Position numbers and translations under genes: made by a program. A stretch of DNA of 64,000 bases, taken from assembly GCA_963789265.1 (NCBI GenBank), contig CAWBKB010000008.1, forward strand, positions 71,698 to 135,697, in the 5' to 3' direction. Shown in pieces: positions 31,981 through 42,011 of this stretch (positions are counted from its first letter, which is position 1; the number at the start of each line of letters is the position of its first letter). This DNA comes from an uncultured delta proteobacterium (lineage in GTDB: Bacteria; Desulfobacterota; Desulfomonilia; Desulfomonilales; Desulfomonilaceae). The notes beneath the pieces were generated by a model that saw only the letters and a list, made by a program, of their open reading frames with translations, was not told where the DNA came from and ran no database searches.

Positions 31981-32676
31981 TCAACCTTCGGTTATCTCTG
32001 CGAACTGGTACCCGACCCCTCGGACTGTCAGAATGTACCTGGGATTCGACGGTTCTTTTTCAATCTTTTGTCTGAGCTTTCCGATGTGAACATCCACAAC
32101 CCTGTCGATGACAGCGACATCCTCTCTTGGATAAAGCCTTGTCAGCAGCTCATCGCGTGTAAACACTTTTCCCGGCTCGGTCATAAGGGTGCGCAAGAAA
32201 TTAAACTCATGCGGGGTGAGCAAAACCGGGTGCCCGCGCAAGGTAACCTTCCTCTTTTCCGGGTCTAAGACCAGGTCTCCGCGAGAAATTACTTGTTCCC
32301 CACCAGTGCGGCCTAATCGCCCCCTTCGGAGAATTGCCCTTACGCGAGCCACCAGTTCTCGGGGACTGAAAGGCTTCACAACATAGTCGTCTGCGCCCAA
32401 AGTCAGGCCGGACACCCGGTCTATCTCTTCCTGCCGGGCGCTGAGAATGAGTATGGGTACATCAGATGACCGTCTCAGTTCTCTGCACACTTCCCAACCG
32501 TCCAACAAAGGGAGCATCAGGTCAAGAATCACAAAAATCGGATTGTGGCGCCTAGCCAACTCCAATGCCTGTTGTCCGTCATACGCAATAATTGTCCTGA
32601 AACCCTCCCTCTCAAGATAAAGAGCCACCAGGGACGCAGTCTTTTTGTCGTCTTCGGCAATAAGTATCGGCGGCAT
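31981..32676 (-). CDS. OmpR-family response regulator
   Basis: AEDD, LDLMLP, KPFSPREL and TVRGVGY motifs. Confidence 0.93.
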   Translation of the reverse strand: MPPILIAEDDKKTASLVALYLEREGFRTIIAYDGQQALELARRHNPIFVILDLMLPLLDGWEVCRELRRSSDVPILILSARQEEIDRVSGLTLGADDYVVKPFSPRELVARVRAILRRGRLGRTGGEQVISRGDLVLDPEKRKVTLRGHPVLLTPHEFNFLRTLMTEPGKVFTRDELLTRLYPREDVAVIDRVVDVHIGKLRQKIEKEPSNPRYILTVRGVGYQFAEITEG

Positions 32677-32918
32677 CGATATAATGACCTTTCTCGACGT
32701 TCTCAAGTCACGCATGAACCCTCGAAGAATCGACTCCTCCGCGTGAGGATATGCGGGGGCCGAACCTTGGACTATATTAACGACAGAAGATGGGTGGGGC
32801 AACGCAGTCCCCTAAAATGTCACTTGCTTCGAGAAGGGCGGCAATGCCTTTTAGTATAGCGAGGATGCGGTAAAAGGAAACGAGAATGAAAAAGAAGAGG
32901 ATAAGCTCTTGTTTTCCT

Positions 32919-32965
32919 TGGTGGACCGTCGGGGGCTCGAACCCCCAACCTACTGATTAAGAGTC
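32919..32965 (-). tRNA. 3' half of tRNA-Lys(CTT); att-site remnant
   Basis: GACTCTTAATC anticodon arm, GGTTCGAGCCC T-loop, ACCA end; 5' half absent. Confidence 0.85.
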
Positions 32966-33114
32966 TCAGAATGAAGACATAAAAAATAACAATAACGAGC
33001 ACTTCCCATTTGACACCCGTTGCGTTGTGTCACGACAAATCAGGACTGTACAGAGCCCATCGGCACAAAATTGGCACAAGCCCCCTTGAGCAAAGAGCCC
33101 AATGCAAAGGGGTG

Positions 33115-34002
33115 TCAGCCGACCATGTCTCGGATAACTTCTTTCACTGAGAGAATATCCGCCACGAGCCCTGCAATCTGGCCCGCAGGAAGAATCCCCA
33201 GATCCACATGCCCGTTTACCCAGGAATCTTCCAAGGCTGGACCGCCGAAGCCCGAAAGAGCTTCAGTCTCTCCACCTTCGATTCTCTCTATGAGAGCTGT
33301 CCGCAACGCCCGAACCTGAAAACGTCCCAGGTTGATGAGCACGGTCCCCAAGTCGTTTGCTTCAACTATCAGGTTCTTGTAATTGTCGTGCGCGATGCAT
33401 TCCTTTGTGGCTATAAATCTAGTCCCCACTTGGACACCTTCGGCTCCGAGGGCCATAGCTGCTCTGTACGCCCGAGAGTCCCCTATGCCTCCGGCAGCAA
33501 TTACAGGAACATTGACCTTGTCCACAACAGCGGGAACCAGAACCATTGTTGATGACCCCCCGAAGCCCTGCACGCCACCTGATTCACTCCCTTCCGCCAC
33601 TATGGCGTCTGCGCCCAGCGCTTCCGCCTTGCACGCAGAATCGGCGGTCGGTACTACCACCAGGGCTTTGATCCCATGCTCTCGGAGAAACGGAATGATC
33701 TGCTTCGGAGACCCCCCGGAAACCGTAACCGCGCCTATGCCTTCTTCGGCCATCACGGCGGCGAATTCCAATGCCTTGGGGTTCATGGCAAAGAGGTTTG
33801 CACCAAAGGGTTTGTTCGTAAGCTCCTTGGTGGATCGCACCTGATCACGTACAGCTTGCGCATTAGTTGAGAAAGCCGTCGCGAGAAGTCCGTAGCCGCC
33901 AGCTTCGGAAACTGCGGCCACCAGCTCTGGATTGCAGATCACCCCCATGGCGCCTTGAATGACTGGATACTCAACGCCTAATAGTTCAGACACACGCGAC
34001 AC
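33115..34002 (-). CDS. Nitronate monooxygenase/FabK-like flavoprotein
   Basis: YPVIQGAM, IAAGGIGD and GVQVGTRF motifs. Confidence 0.88.
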   Translation of the reverse strand: MSRVSELLGVEYPVIQGAMGVICNPELVAAVSEAGGYGLLATAFSTNAQAVRDQVRSTKELTNKPFGANLFAMNPKALEFAAVMAEEGIGAVTVSGGSPKQIIPFLREHGIKALVVVPTADSACKAEALGADAIVAEGSESGGVQGFGGSSTMVLVPAVVDKVNVPVIAAGGIGDSRAYRAAMALGAEGVQVGTRFIATKECIAHDNYKNLIVEANDLGTVLINLGRFQVRALRTALIERIEGGETEALSGFGGPALEDSWVNGHVDLGILPAGQIAGLVADILSVKEVIRDMVG

Positions 34003-34195
34003 TTCTCATTGCCCCCATTTGAGTACAGATATGACTGATGAATCCATGAACCTGCCGTACCCCGGTATTATGTACTACCTGTTAAGCTAGAGGTATAGCC
34101 CGCTTCATCCTGACCTTGCTATTTCGCCCCAAGCCCTACTCTACACTAACTTAGAACCTGGAGTAGTTTTGGCGGCAGGTCACTCAGTAGAAATC

Positions 34196-35626
34196 TCAGG
34201 TTCTTGTTCCGTACTCAAGCATTAAGGAGAGCAACTGTGCGATTTCATCGAGACGGTTGTAGATTCGAATCCCTTGTTTGTTTAAGTCGAATATCGCTTG
34301 GCTTTCCCAAATACTATGGTGGCTGCCGATGAGGACAGGAATCCCCTTTTCCTTTTCCAGGGATTGAACTCCCTTTATCATCTGCTTCTCAATTTCGAGA
34401 AATGCCTTCATTTCGACTGGAGTATCTTTATCGTGGAGTCCGGGTCGACCAAACCCGTGCACAACGAGAGCGTCCACTTCGCCCGATTCAAGAATGTTCC
34501 GGGCAAGCCCGAGGAGGATTTCGACGGACCCGAAAAGCCCTGAGGCACCCCAATCGACAGGGTTTCTTGTTGAGGCCCTAACAGGTAGACCCAATGACCC
34601 GAGCGCTTTTCGGAGCCTCAGGCTGAATTCAGGGACCAATAGTCCAGCCTTTTCAAGAGAATCTGTAAGGGCTACCCCCCATGATCCACCCATCGTGACA
34701 ATTCCTGTCCTGGAACCTCGCAAGCGGGGTCGCTCGATCAAGGCGTGCGCAACCGGAAGTAGAAGCTCCATCGTTGGAGAGACAATAATGCCCACTTGAC
34801 GAAAAATCCCCTCGTAAATCTCTTTTTGACCACTAAGTGCACCGGTATGGCTATGAGCTGCCCACGCGCTACCCGTAGATTGTCCTGCCTTATAAAGGAC
34901 TAAAGGCTTTCTCCTGGTCACTTCGCGGGCAATTCTGATGAATCGCCTTCCGTCGCGGATTCCCTCAATGTACGCCAGAATACCTTCAGTGTGCGAATCA
35001 AAACCGAAGTGCTCCAAGAAGTCCGTCACCGTTAAGTCACTTTCATTCCCAGTGTGAATGAATTGACCTACCCCCATTCCTCGATGGGAAGCGGAGGCGA
35101 GGAGATCGTACATCGCATAGCCACCTTGGCAAACAGCGGCTAGAGCAGTTGGGGTTGAGAGTTTGGGATGGTACGGGGACGCATTGAATGCCGAATGGAA
35201 GTTGAACGATCCGCTCACGTTCGGTCCCAAAATTCGCATTCCAGAGCCCCTGGCAAGTCGTACCAGCGATTCTTCTCTCTCTTTGCCGAGTTCGGAGATT
35301 TCTCCAAAGCCGGCCGATACGATAGTGACTCCTTTGATCCCATGTCGACCACAGGCGGCAACCGTCTCTTCCACAGATTCGTCTGGGACGATAAGAATGG
35401 CAAGGTCAACTGGCTCTTTGATTTCTGAAATGTCACTTAGGGTGGGGATACCGAAGACCTCTCCTGAATGGCGGTTCACAGGATAGATCCTGCCCGAAAA
35501 GCCCGTAGAAAGAAGCCCCTGCATGATAAATGAACCCCAGGACACAGGCCGCTGGCTAGCCCCAATAACTGCTACCGACTTGGGGTTGAGGAATACTTCC
35601 AGGTTTAGGTCCAAATTCATTTTCAT
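34196..35626 (-). CDS. ADP-forming acyl-CoA synthetase, CoA-binding alpha subunit
   Basis: PKSVAVIGAS, ILGPN, phospho-His motif AHSHTGAL, NPVD. Confidence 0.85.
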   Translation of the reverse strand: MKMNLDLNLEVFLNPKSVAVIGASQRPVSWGSFIMQGLLSTGFSGRIYPVNRHSGEVFGIPTLSDISEIKEPVDLAILIVPDESVEETVAACGRHGIKGVTIVSAGFGEISELGKEREESLVRLARGSGMRILGPNVSGSFNFHSAFNASPYHPKLSTPTALAAVCQGGYAMYDLLASASHRGMGVGQFIHTGNESDLTVTDFLEHFGFDSHTEGILAYIEGIRDGRRFIRIAREVTRRKPLVLYKAGQSTGSAWAAHSHTGALSGQKEIYEGIFRQVGIIVSPTMELLLPVAHALIERPRLRGSRTGIVTMGGSWGVALTDSLEKAGLLVPEFSLRLRKALGSLGLPVRASTRNPVDWGASGLFGSVEILLGLARNILESGEVDALVVHGFGRPGLHDKDTPVEMKAFLEIEKQMIKGVQSLEKEKGIPVLIGSHHSIWESQAIFDLNKQGIRIYNRLDEIAQLLSLMLEYGTRT

Positions 35627-35932
35627 AGCTCCGGAGCCTCGCACGAAGTCTTGAATCTGAGGATAGCCTCCCTTTCCCCAAGATCAAAAGAGAAATTACC
35701 ACACTCAACCCATTCTTAGATTCCTTGTGGATGCCCGACTTCTTGCGGGTGACCTGCTCCCGTATCATGTACCACTTGTTAAGTTAGAGGTATAGTACCT
35801 CGACCTCCTGGATACGGAAAGGATCACCGGGAGTAGTACCGACGATCCACGTTGTGAGTATTGCCTCAGGAGCGGGTGGACGGTAGATTGATGAGCTGTG
35901 TGGCCTAACAGTGGCTCGTTCTCGATAATTTC

Positions 35933-35981
35933 TGGTCGAGGCGACTGGATTTGAATCAGTGACCACCTGAACCCCATGCAG
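35933..35981 (-). tRNA. 3' half of tRNA-Pro(GGG), decayed; att remnant
   Basis: CTGCATGGGGTTCAGGTGGTCACTGATTCAAATCCAGTCGCCTCGACCA. Confidence 0.8.
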
Positions 35982-36146
35982 ATGGGAAAAGTAAATAACC
36001 AATAATTTCAGCGTAGTTTGTCAGAACCCGTTGCACAACAACCCAGCACTGTCCATAACCGTCCACAACCCATTCCCGCAAAAGTCCCGCACGGAAGATC
36101 ATATGATATTTTCAGAAGTGAGGCGCGGAAGTTCCGTTGACCAAAA

Positions 36147-36167
36147 GACCTCCGGCGTGACAGGCCG
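36147..36167 (-). tRNA. tRNA-Asp(GTC) anticodon-arm fragment
   Basis: CGGCCTGTCACGCCGGAGGTC. Confidence 0.55.
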
Positions 36168-36270
36168 ACTTTGGCCACAATAATATCAACGATCTATACA
36201 AAAAGCTGTGCGATTTCGATCCCTGCCGATCCTTTTCAGTCCTTTTCGGTCCCTGGCAGTTCCAAAATTT

Positions 36271-36302
36271 GGGGACAAAATGGGGACAAAAAGGGGACAA
36301 AA
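36271..36302 (+). repeat. GGGGACAAAA x3 with 11-bp period; candidate integrase arm-type sites
   Basis: Copies at 36271, 36282 and 36293, near the tRNA fragment. Confidence 0.65.
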
Positions 36303-36390
36303 AATTAAAGATGCCTGGGTGCGAAGTCCTCGTCTTCCTCCTGTCTGCTAACTTTTCCCGACACACCTTTCCGGCCCCTCGCATCGTCTG

Positions 36391-36817
36391 CGTCTATCCA
36401 ACCAACCAGTGGGGGAATACGCTTGCCCAGATCCACTTCAAAAGGCCCCTCGATTCCAATGATCTGAACACCCGGATCGAATGACTCGTGAAACACCTCC
36501 AGCATCCGCTTTGCCTTCGTGCTGAGGCTGTCCTCGGAGTCACCGTTGAAGAAACGTACTGTTTGCTCCTTGGAGTGGCTATCCCATGCCTGCCGGTAGA
36601 CATTATGAACCTGGCTACGGGATAGGGAGTCTCCCTCAAGAACGCTCTGATAGAAGGCTCCTGCAGCCTCATGGATGCATGACCCGAAGGCCAGTGCAGA
36701 GCTGACAAAAGGAGACTCTATCCGGTCGATGTATTGGAATTTGTATTTCACAGGGCACGTGAGATACGTGTTGATCTGTGAATAGGACAAATGGGGTTTT
36801 TCTATGGTCTCGTGCAT
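36391..36817 (-). pseudogene. Truncated PD-(D/E)XK (RecB/Cas4-like) nuclease
   Basis: LSYSQINTYLTCP..FGSCIH..GWID, then homology is lost; no DYK motif. Confidence 0.8.
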
Positions 36818-37021
36818 CTTCTCCTCTCCCTTCTGTGAACACCGGGAGAGTACAAGCCACATCTCCCGGTGAGGTTAAAAATCTGTCTCAAGCCTGGCAG
36901 AACCAGCCCTTACGCACGCGTACCTGACGCAACAGTTTTAGTAGGTACATGCGTCTCCCCCGTACCCGTCCCCATGGTCCGGTTATCTCGCTATTGATTG
37001 CTATGGGTCAGGAAAAGGGGA

Positions 37022-37714
37022 TTATGCGGCGACTTGGGTCTGCAGGTGGCCGATCAAATGCGATGCGGATTCACGGGAAAGGTCTTCAAAGCGGAAAACA
37101 TCGAAACGGGCAAGCATCTCTCCAATGTCTCCTTCCTGATACTTTCCTCGCTTGGTCAAAGCATAGAGTGCCCGGCATTGCGCCTGGGTCGCTGTTCCAT
37201 TGCCGGCACTTTTCGGTTTCGATCCCTCATCAGCTACGGCGCCAGTCGGCGATTTTGTTTCCACCTTGCCGTTGCCATTTCCTTCAGGGAATGCCGGTGC
37301 AGGCTGTTTGTTGCCACTTTGCTCTTTTTCGGTGTCTGCGGCGGCTACGTGGGACACTTCTTCTGCGCCGGTGTACTCGACGCCTATCCCGCCGAAGCGA
37401 AGCGCTCTCGCTATGGCTCTCGTCTCAGCCAATTCAAGGAGGGAATCTGCGAGCTTTGCGTCTCTCTGGCCTGATGCTGTTCCTGTGCCGTTAAACTTTC
37501 CCTTTTGGCTCTCCACGGCTGCCTTGACTACGGCAAAGTCAGCTTCCAGCTTTATGATTTCAGTCTGAATGCTGAGACTATCGTTGTTTTCGTGGAGAAT
37601 CCGCAACCGTCCTCCAACAACGGGGAAGGTCTTGGTTTGCCATTCGTCGCCGACCTTCACCTTGCGATGGATCAGCTCATTTTCAAGAAACTGACCATTT
37701 CCGTTTGTGCTCAT
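37022..37714 (-). CDS. Phage-type Rad52/Sak-like single-strand annealing protein
   Basis: V..RL...ELAETRAIARAL..GIG; C-terminal ATQAQ..LSRESAS. Confidence 0.65.
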   Translation of the reverse strand: MSTNGNGQFLENELIHRKVKVGDEWQTKTFPVVGGRLRILHENNDSLSIQTEIIKLEADFAVVKAAVESQKGKFNGTGTASGQRDAKLADSLLELAETRAIARALRFGGIGVEYTGAEEVSHVAAADTEKEQSGNKQPAPAFPEGNGNGKVETKSPTGAVADEGSKPKSAGNGTATQAQCRALYALTKRGKYQEGDIGEMLARFDVFRFEDLSRESASHLIGHLQTQVAA

Positions 37715-37793
37715 ATTGCTGCTTCTTTCATGAAGTATTCTGTTTTTCTTTAGATTTAATGCTTGCGGGCGGGCGCACCACAGGCTCAGGGCG

Positions 37794-37943
37794 TCACAGC
37801 CGTTTCAGGGCCTGATAGCCGCCGATGGCCACCGCCGCTGCATCGTCTATGGGGCCGGGAATTGGGTTGAAGATGATGTAAAGCAGGACCAGAAGGATAA
37901 TCCAGCCGATTCCCGAGCCATCTTGCTGACATTGATAGTTCAT
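37794..37943 (-). CDS. Small membrane protein
   Basis: AAGGAGG RBS; TM segment followed by PIPGPIDD. Confidence 0.55.
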   Translation of the reverse strand: MNYQCQQDGSGIGWIILLVLLYIIFNPIPGPIDDAAAVAIGGYQALKRL

Positions 37944-38564
37944 CGCAACGCCTCCCTTCATGCGTGTTTCTTTTGATCTATCCCTCAAGGAATTACCCTC
38001 AGACCCTCAAATTTAGAAAAGAGGGGAAGACGCCAGGAGGAGTAACTACGCTCCAAGACAATGGTATTGAAGGCCGCCCTTTCCTTCCTCTTGGATAAGA
38101 TCTGAAAACGCGTCAGAATCGCGTATAGTATGCATGGTGGCGCGCTGTACGGAAATCGGAAGTCATGCAAGGCGGGGAGTTTGGAGGATCGCCTTGGAAC
38201 GTGAGTCAATCGGAGCAAGCCGCGGATGAAGTCGGTGAAGAAATTGGAGTCTGTGCACTAAAACGGGCTTCCAGCTCATAAAGAATCGAAACCGAGAGAA
38301 AACGTCGCGTACCACGAGGCAAAATGTCAATTTACGAGAGGTCCGGTATTATTTAAACGATGCCCCACGCGCTTGCTAAGCAGCCTCTAAACACATCTCT
38401 TACACGAATGACCCGAACTTTGGGGAAACGATCTTTCCTTTTGTTGCATTAATTTGCAACAATTTGATATAATAAGAAATATCTGACCACTATATGGAAG
38501 GTTTTCCGGTTTCTCATTGTTGCCCGGGCGGCCAACACGTAAAATGCAGCAGCACGAGTGAGGA

Positions 38565-38972
38565 ATGAAAACGATTCAAGCAAACATGAAAGCTCTCCAA
38601 TTCGTAGCCGATGTCAGGGCTCGTCAGAGCGATGAGACCCTGCAAAAGAAATACGGCTTTCCTGGCAAGAAATTCTACTTTTACAAAGCTGCCGCACTGG
38701 ACATTATTGCTAAGGAGAATGCACAGAAAGCCAAGCACAGGATCAAAATTAACGCCAAGCAATTTCTCATCGATATCCGCTCTGGGATCGACGATGAAGC
38801 CTTAATGATCAGATACAGCCTCCAGCCGCGGCAGCTTCAAAATGCATTCAGGAAAATAATAAATGCCGGACTGGCCACGCCTCAGGAACTTTCCCGGAGG
38901 CTTAGCATAACAAGGAGTCAAGTCAGAGAAGCCTTTGTCGAAGTAGGTAAGGCTGTTGCAGAATTGGCTTAA
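38565..38972 (+). CDS. Hypothetical protein with two internal repeats
   Basis: A..F..D(V/I)R...DE.L..(K/R)Y repeated twice; GAGG RBS. Confidence 0.65.
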   Translation: MKTIQANMKALQFVADVRARQSDETLQKKYGFPGKKFYFYKAAALDIIAKENAQKAKHRIKINAKQFLIDIRSGIDDEALMIRYSLQPRQLQNAFRKIINAGLATPQELSRRLSITRSQVREAFVEVGKAVAELA

Positions 38973-39070
38973 ACGAGCGTTTACGATCAATCTTCCCTGT
39001 TCGGAGCTTTTGTGGGTCGTCGCAAGATCTAATGCGTCTCCATAAGGTTATTTTCCCGCGAGCCCTTTCG

Positions 39071-39120
39071 GACTCATCTTCGACAGGTGCCCCATTTTAG
39101 GGCACTGTCGAAGATGAGTC
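39071..39120. repeat. 50-bp near-perfect hairpin
   Basis: GACTCATCTTCGACAG..GTGCCC / GGGCAC..CTGTCGAAGATGAGTC. Confidence 0.8.
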
Positions 39121-39211
39121 TAGGAGTAGGCCACACGTCCTCCCTGGAATGTTCCATTTTCCCATGTCGGCACGCTGATGACTGAAACTGCATCCCCAAT
39201 CAGCAGGTCGC

Positions 39212-39919
39212 TTATCGCCCTATCAAACTATGGACAAGTTCGTTGAAATACCCAGGAGTCCTCGTTTCGAAAGTGACCCGCTTACCGCTGAAGGGGTGTT
39301 GGAAGGAAATCGTTGTAGCATGAAGTGCTAGACGTTTGTGGGTTTCGTTCTTTTTTCCATACTTCCGATCACCCACCACCGAGTGTCCAATATCGGCGAG
39401 ATGTACGCGAATCTGGTGCTTCCTACCCGTCAACAGGTCAACTTCCAGCAAAGCAAAGTCTTTTGTCTGTTTGAGCACTTTGTAGGAAGTATGAGAGAGT
39501 TTTCCTTTTGTCGTATCGGTTGTGGAGTACACTCGGTGGGCTCTGTTCTCTACCAGGTATGAAGTAATTGTGTCAGAGCACTTCTCACACTTGCCATGAA
39601 CGACAGCAAGATATCTCTTCTTAGTTTCTTTCCACTGGCTCTGTAGGCGAAGCTTTGCCTCTTCGCTCTTCGCGAAGACGAGTATACCTGAAGTGTCCCT
39701 ATCCAGTCGGTGAACGATGAAAATGCGTTTCTTGGATTTGGCACAGCCCTTGCGAACATAATCAGTCAGAATGAAGTAAGCTGTCCTTGATTTCTCTGTT
39801 TCCGTACCCATGGTCAAGAGGCCTGGCGGTTTGTCCACCACAAGGACATCGTTGTCTTCGTAAATAATCGCGAGTCCTTTCGGCAGAGGTTTGGTGCTCG
39901 GTCTCGAAGGTCTACTCAT
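39212..39919 (-). CDS. RluA-family pseudouridine synthase
   Basis: VDKPPGL, HRLDRDTSG and TGRKHQIRVH motifs. Confidence 0.93.
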   Translation of the reverse strand: MSRPSRPSTKPLPKGLAIIYEDNDVLVVDKPPGLLTMGTETEKSRTAYFILTDYVRKGCAKSKKRIFIVHRLDRDTSGILVFAKSEEAKLRLQSQWKETKKRYLAVVHGKCEKCSDTITSYLVENRAHRVYSTTDTTKGKLSHTSYKVLKQTKDFALLEVDLLTGRKHQIRVHLADIGHSVVGDRKYGKKNETHKRLALHATTISFQHPFSGKRVTFETRTPGYFNELVHSLIGR

Positions 39920-39948
39920 GTTGAGGGCTCTAGCGGTCGTTGTCAGCA

Positions 39949-40050
39949 GCCCAACGCCTGGCGTTCACGGGCCGGGAAAGAAGCGTGAAACGTACTAAAT
40001 GCAAAACCAAAGCGGCCAACGGCGATATGGTCCGTTGCAACCTGTTATCA
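39949..40050 (-). other. Decayed attC-like site
   Basis: GCCCAAC..GCGTTCAC.GGCC..GGTCC.TTGCAAC..GTTAT imperfect inverted repeat between two co-oriented genes. Confidence 0.45.
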
Positions 40051-40077
40051 GGAGATTTTCAATCATTTTCATGGGAT

Positions 40078-40533
40078 TTATCGCATTGCCTTGAGAGCAG
40101 CCTGGATTACACCGTCGAGACGCTGAAGGAAAAGAGACCGGTCTCGCTTTTCGAAAGGGCGCGGGCCTCCGGTAATATTCCCCATATCTCTGAGATAGGC
40201 CATCAAATCTCTGTTCGCAAGAGCACCACCGATGGTTTCTTCGGTGAACACCCGCCCCTTAGGGTCGAGCATGCGAGCCCCCTTTTCAAGACACCGCGCA
40301 GCAAGCGGAATGTCGGCTGATACTGCGATATCGTTTTTACGAACATGCTCTACAATCCAGTCGTCTGCGGAGTCAAATTCTTTTGTTACGAGAACTTGCT
40401 CAAATAGGTCTTCTTGCGGAATTGTCATCCTGGAATTGGAAACCACGTATACCTTTAGCCTGTAGCGGAGGGCAACTCGAAAGATCTCACTTTTTACCGG
40501 ACAGCCGTCTGCATCAACGTAAATCTTGATCAA
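40078..40533 (-). CDS. YaiI/YqxD (UPF0178) family protein
   Basis: IYVDADGCPVK, ADDWI, DIPLA and GGPRPF motifs. Confidence 0.92.
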   Translation of the reverse strand: MIKIYVDADGCPVKSEIFRVALRYRLKVYVVSNSRMTIPQEDLFEQVLVTKEFDSADDWIVEHVRKNDIAVSADIPLAARCLEKGARMLDPKGRVFTEETIGGALANRDLMAYLRDMGNITGGPRPFEKRDRSLFLQRLDGVIQAALKAMR

Positions 40534-41321
40534 CTGCACTCCTTCTCTTTGCGAAGTTAGATACCACTTTCGTCGAAAGCTCCTCGTGTTTCGAGATGCC
40601 AGGGAGTTCTTTGTACGGTAGCTCACGCTTAATCCTTGCGGATCAAACGTGCTGAGTCTACCACAATGTGCGGCAGGAATTAACGGGGACTTCCGTATGA
40701 GGGCTGGAAGGAGACCCATGAAACAGCAAGACAGGAGCATGATTCCGGTTAGGACGCTATGCCGCATGCTGTTGTCAACTGAACATCAGCGAGTTGGGTG
40801 TAACGCCCATATCAATACTAACGCACCATGACCGGAGCTGATCCTCCTTCAATTTGGAGAGAGGTAGCCGTGGGTGAATCACTTGCAGTCGGTACACGAG
40901 GCGACCAAGAATCCACCTGCTTTGATGCAGGCTGGCTCGTCCTCAGCTTCTATTTTCGCGCAAAAACCCTTAATGCAACAAAATGTCTTTTGGGATGATT
41001 TTCTCTCTGTGGTACGCCTCTTTGCTCTCGTCATTTTTCTCATTGTCGTTCTCCCGCGGGAGCGCTGGTCCAGTCCTAATATAATCATGGAATTCGCCCT
41101 TCGGCCTCCCCGCCGCGAACGCGTCTCCGCTAGCTGGTAGTGCATCATTAACCTCGGTTATCAAAATGCCTCCCGTTCGGCCATTGGGTCCGGAGAAACG
41201 CGAGAGGACGACAGTAAGATGTAGCCCTGGAGCCCATGGAACAAATTTGGCATTGAGATTTACCTAATGGTAATGTACAGCGGCACAGAAAAAGTCTCAC
41301 AAGGCTTGAGGTGAGAGTTTG

Positions 41322-41495
41322 TTGTCAGGAATTCCAATTAAAGATCTTCGGAAAAGAAAGAAGCAATCTAAGCGGGCCCTTCACCCCATGCGAGAAATTC
41401 AAGAGCGAAAGCAGGGCGGTTCATCCTCTTGGTGGTTATTAGGGACTGGGCTGTTCATCGTCGTTATCATGCTGTTAATAAGAATCTCTTTTTAG
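41322..41495 (+). CDS. Small basic protein with a C-terminal TM helix
   Basis: GAGGTG RBS, TTG start, 57 aa; below the ORF-track cutoff. Confidence 0.4.
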   Translation: MSGIPIKDLRKRKKQSKRALHPMREIQERKQGGSSSWWLLGTGLFIVVIMLLIRISF

Positions 41496-41714
41496 AGCGA
41501 GGACCAAATTTAACTCTTCCGACGTCGGGGTAGTTCGACGGACGAGACGTCCCTCAACCAAGGTCCTTGTCTAATGTGCGAGAATCCACGGTCGGCTTGC
41601 CTCTGTTTATGTGTGCAAGGGCTCCTGCTCGCAGATAACGAATACAGAGGGCCAGGGAGGAGATAGCGTCTGCGACCCCTTGCCTGACCCTCATGCTAAT
41701 TCACGAACAACCGA

Positions 41715-42011
41715 TTACCAGCGGGATCCTCCGCCGTTGCGTCCGCCGCCACCCCGAGAGTCGTTCTTGGGTTTAGCCTCGTTCACTTTCAGGCTCCTGC
41801 CGCCGAGATCCCTGGAATCCAGTGCCTGGATCGCCTTAAGACCTTCTTCGCGGTTGGACATTTCGATGAATCCGAATCCCCGGGATTTGCTAGTAAATTG
41901 GTCAACGATGACCTTGGCGGATACTACTTCACCGTACGTGGCAAACAAGCCGTTGAGATCTGCCTCGCTTGAATCGAAGGACAGGTTTCCGACATAAATC
42001 TTAATACTCAT
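41715..42011 (-). CDS. RRM RNA-binding protein
   Basis: RNP2 IYVGNL, RNP1 RGFGFIEM, Gly-rich tail. Confidence 0.95.
   Translation of the reverse strand: MSIKIYVGNLSFDSSEADLNGLFATYGEVVSAKVIVDQFTSKSRGFGFIEMSNREEGLKAIQALDSRDLGGRSLKVNEAKPKNDSRGGGGRNGGGSRW

Noticed and set aside
36271..36302. CRISPR array
   Set aside because: 10-bp units without spacers; no CRISPR array was seen anywhere in the window.
36391..36817. Cas4 of a CRISPR system
   Set aside because: No cas genes or array; the context is an SSAP, and the gene is truncated.
39030..39058. dif-like site
   Set aside because: Poor match to the XerD arm TTATGTTAAAT.
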